A stretch of 64,000 nucleotides of DNA from Minisyncoccia bacterium. Lineage in GTDB: Bacteria > Patescibacteriota > Minisyncoccia > Phycocordibacterales > UBA9973. The position numbers were made by a program, and so were the translations under genes. Below the pieces are notes generated by a model that ran no database searches, was not told the DNA's origin, and was given only the letters and a program-made list of their open reading frames with translations. Positions 60,071 through 64,000 of the stretch are shown piece by piece (the first letter of the stretch is position 1; each line of letters begins with the position of its first letter). The DNA lies in contig JBDHUP010000002.1 of NCBI GenBank assembly GCA_039809245.1, forward strand, positions 75,188 to 139,187, given 5' to 3'.

Positions 60071-60496
60071 ATGAAGCCTATTACTAAATGGATAATTATT
60101 ATCCTAATTATTGTATCAATGTTTTCATTATCTTCTTGTAGTAAAGAAGTAGGAGTTGATGGATCTGTTGGGATTGGAATAGGACCAGTATATGTAGAAC
60201 TGTCATTCGGTAGCGGACAGGGCGCTTACTACGGTTATGGAAATGTTCCACAAAACGTATACACAAGTGTTGTGTATATAGTTTCAAAACCATTAGATCA
60301 GACTGCTATCCCAGTGTTTGATAAAAATGGCCGGCAAATGGGAATTGTTTCCTGTACTGGTGGTAACTGGCAGTATTATAATGATTTCTTTTCCTTTTTA
60401 AGGGATTGGAACTATAACACTAAGCCGTGTGCTGTTCTAGTAGAATGGCAACAAAAAACCATCAATACGACCTGGAGTGGAAAAATCATTGGTTAA
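60071..60496 (+). CDS. Orphan putative lipoprotein
   Basis: Hydrophobic N-terminus with LSS-C-SKE lipobox; TTGACA...TGCTATAAT promoter; leader hairpin 59994-60049; terminator ~60546-60575. Confidence 0.75.
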   Translation: MKPITKWIIIILIIVSMFSLSSCSKEVGVDGSVGIGIGPVYVELSFGSGQGAYYGYGNVPQNVYTSVVYIVSKPLDQTAIPVFDKNGRQMGIVSCTGGNWQYYNDFFSFLRDWNYNTKPCAVLVEWQQKTINTTWSGKIIG

Positions 60497-60590
60497 AAAT
60501 ATTGCTAGATTAAATTTATTGGTAGTAAATAATCTCAGCAATCAAAAAGAGCTCACGATTTATCGCTGAGCTCTTTCTTTTTATTAAATT

Positions 60591-61655
60591 TTACTGACTC
60601 TCTAAGAATTGGAAGACTTTTTCATTCTCGAGCATATTCTCGACGTAGGCACGAGCGCGGACTGGATCAGCGTCTTTATACATAGTCAGAATTTTTTGAA
60701 CTTCTATTTCTATTTCTTCTTCACTTGGCTTTAGAGACTCTTTCTCTGAAATACTGTGAATGATAACTTGAAGTTTTGCTCTCTTCTCGGCATCGGCTCG
60801 CCACTCTGAACGGAGCTCTTCTTCTTTCTTACCGATCTGAGCTAGATAGTCTTCAAACTTGAAACCCATATTTGTGATATCAGCTTCTAAACGGTAGAGC
60901 ATTTTATCTATTTCACTGTTTATAAGTATTTCTGGAATATCTCCTTTTGATTTACTTACAAGTTCTTCTACGATTGATAGACGAAGCTTATCTTTTTGCT
61001 CAGTTTCTTTCTCTATCTTCATATTGCTACGAATTTTATCTTTGAATGCATCAGCATTTGCAAAGTCACCGAAAGATTTCGCGAATTCATCATTGAACTC
61101 TGGATAGTCACTCTCAGGAATCTCTTCATGAGTGTGGTCGTGAGCATCACCATCTTCGTGCTCGTGCTTTGGAACTGCTTGCTCGGCGCGCATTTTACGA
61201 AGTTGGAGAATAGTTTTCTCTACTTCTTCATCTGACACCACAACTTCTTTTTTGAAATCTTCTTTCTTGTTTTGTTCGTTAGCAAGCTTTTTGTAATCTG
61301 GTAAATCCATTTCTGGAAGGACAGCTGTGACTATCTTAAATTCTAGATCGGAACCTTTGGCGATTTTCGTAATTGCGATTTGTGGTCGGCCTATAGCATC
61401 TATCTTTTCACTCTCGAGTATTTTCGGATATGCATCACTAAGAGCAAGCTCGGCCATCTCTTCTAAGATCATCATATCTGTGACGTGCTCTTTCACGACA
61501 GAAGCTGGAGCTTTGCCTTTACGGAAGCCGGGTAGCTCAAGTCGCTCAGCGATTTTCTCAAGCGCCTTTCCTTCATACTTCTCGAATTCTGTATTCTCTA
61601 GCACGCCCAATATTTCAACCTCACTTTTTTCAAGTTTTTTGACTGTTATTTTCAT
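60591..61655 (-). CDS. tig: Trigger factor (PPIase domain absent or replaced)
   Basis: LPGFRKGKAP ribosome-binding signature and C-terminal chaperone domain; 354 aa. Confidence 0.93.
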   Translation of the reverse strand: MKITVKKLEKSEVEILGVLENTEFEKYEGKALEKIAERLELPGFRKGKAPASVVKEHVTDMMILEEMAELALSDAYPKILESEKIDAIGRPQIAITKIAKGSDLEFKIVTAVLPEMDLPDYKKLANEQNKKEDFKKEVVVSDEEVEKTILQLRKMRAEQAVPKHEHEDGDAHDHTHEEIPESDYPEFNDEFAKSFGDFANADAFKDKIRSNMKIEKETEQKDKLRLSIVEELVSKSKGDIPEILINSEIDKMLYRLEADITNMGFKFEDYLAQIGKKEEELRSEWRADAEKRAKLQVIIHSISEKESLKPSEEEIEIEVQKILTMYKDADPVRARAYVENMLENEKVFQFLESQ

Positions 61656-61669
61656 ATTGTTTACTTTTA

Positions 61670-62257
61670 TTATTCTTCAAACTTCGGAGCGTAATCTTTA
61701 TTGTATCGCTCTTTACACTCATTTATTATTTTTACAGCCTCATCAGCGCCAAAAAATTCTTTTACTTCTCCTGTGCCTGGCTTCTTGAGCTCTTTGTATT
61801 TCTCCCAGAAGTATTTAGTCTCAGTTTTAAAGTATTCTCCTAGATCTTCGATTGTATTTACGTGATCATTCTTCTTATCATCGTTAACTACTCCGATTAT
61901 CTTGTCATCTACTTCACCACTATCGATGAACTTCATAACACCGATAACACGTATTTCTACAAGTGAGCCAGGTACGAAGTCTTCAGTGACGTTTACTACT
62001 ACTATATCTAGTGGATCATTGTCTTCATCCCAAGTCATCGGGATTGCGCCGTATGAGAATGGGTAAACAAGAGGTGAGTAGCCTACACGATCAAGCTTGA
62101 GCTGACCACTTTCTGTTATAATCTCATATTTGTTTCTTGAACCTTTATTGTTCTCTATAATAGTGTTTACTATTTTCTTTTCTTCATCCGCAAATGGAGG
62201 AAGGACATGCAATAGATTTAGCATGTATTTAGATGGTTTATGATTTATATTTGCCAT
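61670..62257 (-). CDS. ppa: Inorganic pyrophosphatase, family I
   Basis: GSRNKYE, LDR, YG.IP.T, DEDNDPLD, D.GE.DDKI. Confidence 0.93.
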   Translation of the reverse strand: MANINHKPSKYMLNLLHVLPPFADEEKKIVNTIIENNKGSRNKYEIITESGQLKLDRVGYSPLVYPFSYGAIPMTWDEDNDPLDIVVVNVTEDFVPGSLVEIRVIGVMKFIDSGEVDDKIIGVVNDDKKNDHVNTIEDLGEYFKTETKYFWEKYKELKKPGTGEVKEFFGADEAVKIINECKERYNKDYAPKFEE

Positions 62258-62281
62258 AGATTTAAATTACTTAATTTGTAA

Positions 62282-63454
62282 TTATGCTTCAGTTCCGTCA
62301 TCAACTAGACCTTCGTCTATTATAGCATCTTCACTAGATACTACTTCTTCTGATGCGACACCTTTAATATCAATTCTCCAACCAGTTAGCTTTGCTGCAA
62401 GGCGAACATTCTGGCCACCCTTACCAATCGCAAGCGATAGCTGATCAGCAGCAACTTCAACGACAGCTTTGTGTTCTTCTTCGTCTACTTCTATATCTAG
62501 TACATTTGCAGGAGAGAGTGAGCTTGAGATGTATTGCGCAGGATCAGAAGACCAAGGAATAATATCGATCTTCTCACCGTTTAATTCACTCATAACTGTA
62601 GTAACACGAATTCCTTTCTGACCGACACATGATCCAACTGGGTCAACGTGTTCATCGTTTGAGTAAACAGCAATCTTACTTCGAGAACCAGCTTCGCGAG
62701 CAATAGACTTTATTTCTACTGTACCCGATGCGATTTCTGGAGCTTCCATTGCAAATAGTCCTTCGATAAGCTGAGGATGAGTGCGAGAGAGTTTGAGGTT
62801 TACTCCGCGTGGAGTTTCCTCGACAGAGTATAGATATGCGCGGATTCTTTCACCTCGGCGGTAGAATTCTCCTGGAATTTGTTCTTCTGGAAGTATTATA
62901 CCTGTTGCACGGTTGAAATCTATATATACGATTCCACGTTCAACTTTCTGAACGAAGCCATTTATGATTTCACCTTCTTTACTTCCATACTCGTCGATAA
63001 TAGCGCCACGTTCTGCTTCGCGGATTTTCTGGATGATAACTTGTTTGGCTGTTTGAGCGGCGATACGACCGTAATCTTCTTGAGTTTCAAGAGGGAAGAT
63101 GATCTCTTCTTCAAGTTTCGCATCACTTTTTATTTTCTTGGCATCGGCTAGCAAGATGTGATGCTCTTCATTAAATCGAATACGATCATCATCTTCAGCG
63201 ATTTCTTCTTCGTCTTCATCATCAGTCGTCATTCGGACTAGAGATTCATCGACGACTATTTTAACTTGGTAAAATTCCATCTTACCGTCTTCTATATCAA
63301 TTTTAGCGCGGATTATTTGGCCTTTCTTTCCGTAATCTTTCTTGTAAGCGGCAGCGATGGCCTGTTCGATTGCATCTATAAGTTTCTCTCGAGGGATTTT
63401 TCTTTCTACTTCTAACTGCTCGAGGGCAGATTTCATTGTTTTGAGGTCTAACAT
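62282..63454 (-). CDS. nusA: Transcription factor NusA
   Basis: GRIAAQTAKQVI, AREAG.RSKIAV, GEKIDII, SLAIGKGGQNVRLA..LTGW. Confidence 0.97.
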   Translation of the reverse strand: MLDLKTMKSALEQLEVERKIPREKLIDAIEQAIAAAYKKDYGKKGQIIRAKIDIEDGKMEFYQVKIVVDESLVRMTTDDEDEEEIAEDDDRIRFNEEHHILLADAKKIKSDAKLEEEIIFPLETQEDYGRIAAQTAKQVIIQKIREAERGAIIDEYGSKEGEIINGFVQKVERGIVYIDFNRATGIILPEEQIPGEFYRRGERIRAYLYSVEETPRGVNLKLSRTHPQLIEGLFAMEAPEIASGTVEIKSIAREAGSRSKIAVYSNDEHVDPVGSCVGQKGIRVTTVMSELNGEKIDIIPWSSDPAQYISSSLSPANVLDIEVDEEEHKAVVEVAADQLSLAIGKGGQNVRLAAKLTGWRIDIKGVASEEVVSSEDAIIDEGLVDDGTEA

Positions 63455-63772
63455 ATTTAATTGTTCCGCCTGCCAGTGACTGGCACTGTCGGGCAGGTAT
63501 TTAATTTTATAAAAATAAAAGTCCGGTTCGAAAACGGACTACATTTAATACCTTACTATAATAAGGCTATTTCGTCAAATGTGTGGATAATAAGTGGATA
63601 AATAAGCTTTAAAAGCTTGACATTTTCTGCTCTATAACCCATACTTTAGTTAGATGTCAAGGGTTTAAACCTTCGGTTCGTTGAAAAATATAGGTTTTTT
63701 GTTAGAAAAAACAATCTCCATCTCACTTTGAGAGGTGAATATTGTTTTTTCTAACAACTAAAACCTTTCATC

Positions 63773-64000
63773 ATGAAAAAGTTAAACAGCCTAAGCAGGG
63801 CTATAAACTTGCTAATGGTGTTGCCGCTTGTCTTGATGATAGGCTGCAGCAAGGAATCTCCAACCCCACCCCCGAATCCTACACCTGTAGATTTTTGCCC
63901 AAACAAACCTGGAATTCAGACCAGCCTTTCTGAGTGCGAAGATCCTATACCGGCTCCCACAGGTACTGTTCTTACAGTTCCATCAAGCCAGAGTATTGCT
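63773..64000 (+). CDS. Orphan putative lipoprotein (runs off the window edge)
   Basis: Read by hand: MKKLNSLSRAINLLMVLPLVLMIG-CSKESPTPPPNPTP...; TTGACA promoter at ~63617 and leader hairpin 63692-63766. Confidence 0.7.
   Translation, partial: MKKLNSLSRAINLLMVLPLVLMIGCSKESPTPPPNPTPVDFCPNKPGIQTSLSECEDPIPAPTGTVLTVPSSQSIA

Noticed and set aside
1287-63151. Numerous ORF-track entries antisense to or nested in well-supported genes (e.g. 1287-1817, 25898-26383, 27596-28066, 57425-57850, 61327-61788)
   Set aside because: Shadow ORFs opposite recognisable genes, with no motifs of their own.
63742-63933. 63-aa ORF from the track
   Set aside because: The alternative frame from ATG 63773 gives a clear lipoprotein signal and stays open to the window end.
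1-64000. CRISPR array, IS/transposase, prophage or rRNA
   Set aside because: No regularly spaced direct repeats, transposase motifs, phage structural gene cluster or rRNA-like sequence seen.
1-64000. Alternative genetic code (UGA=Gly, as in Gracilibacteria/Absconditabacteria)
   Set aside because: Long conserved genes translate intact in code 11, and TGA serves as a stop (e.g. dnaA, cca).

Overview
AT-rich chromosome segment with the hallmarks of a Patescibacteria/CPR (Parcubacteria-like) genome, read in standard code 11. It contains: the replication origin (dnaA-dnaN, rpmH-rnpA-yidD-yidC-jag); a ~15.5 kb minus-strand VirB4/PrgI/VirB6/pilin type IV secretion-like envelope cluster; housekeeping genes (ruvBC, tyrS, PBP1A, rsmA, pcrA, comM, pnp, rpsO, xer, xth, cca, hup, rny, clpP, tig, ppa, nusA); four tRNAs; and a probable 6S RNA. 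Main observations not explained by standard annotation: (1) a TrpR/YerC (HisR-like) repressor with tandem operators and a His-His-His attenuator built into its own C-terminus, with no his genes downstream; (2) a recurring class of orphan genes, several with Bacteroidota-style lipoprotein signals, with full sigma70 promoters and long 5' hairpins, unlike the mostly leaderless core genes; (3) an unannotated promoter-driven structured RNA divergent from ruvB; (4) a pilin fused to an apparently circularly permuted lytic transglycosylase; (5) five parS-like sites, three inside the CCA-enzyme coding sequence; (6) an antisense-to-tRNA switch-like element; (7) several unannotated microproteins. All calls were made by eye; no searches were run.
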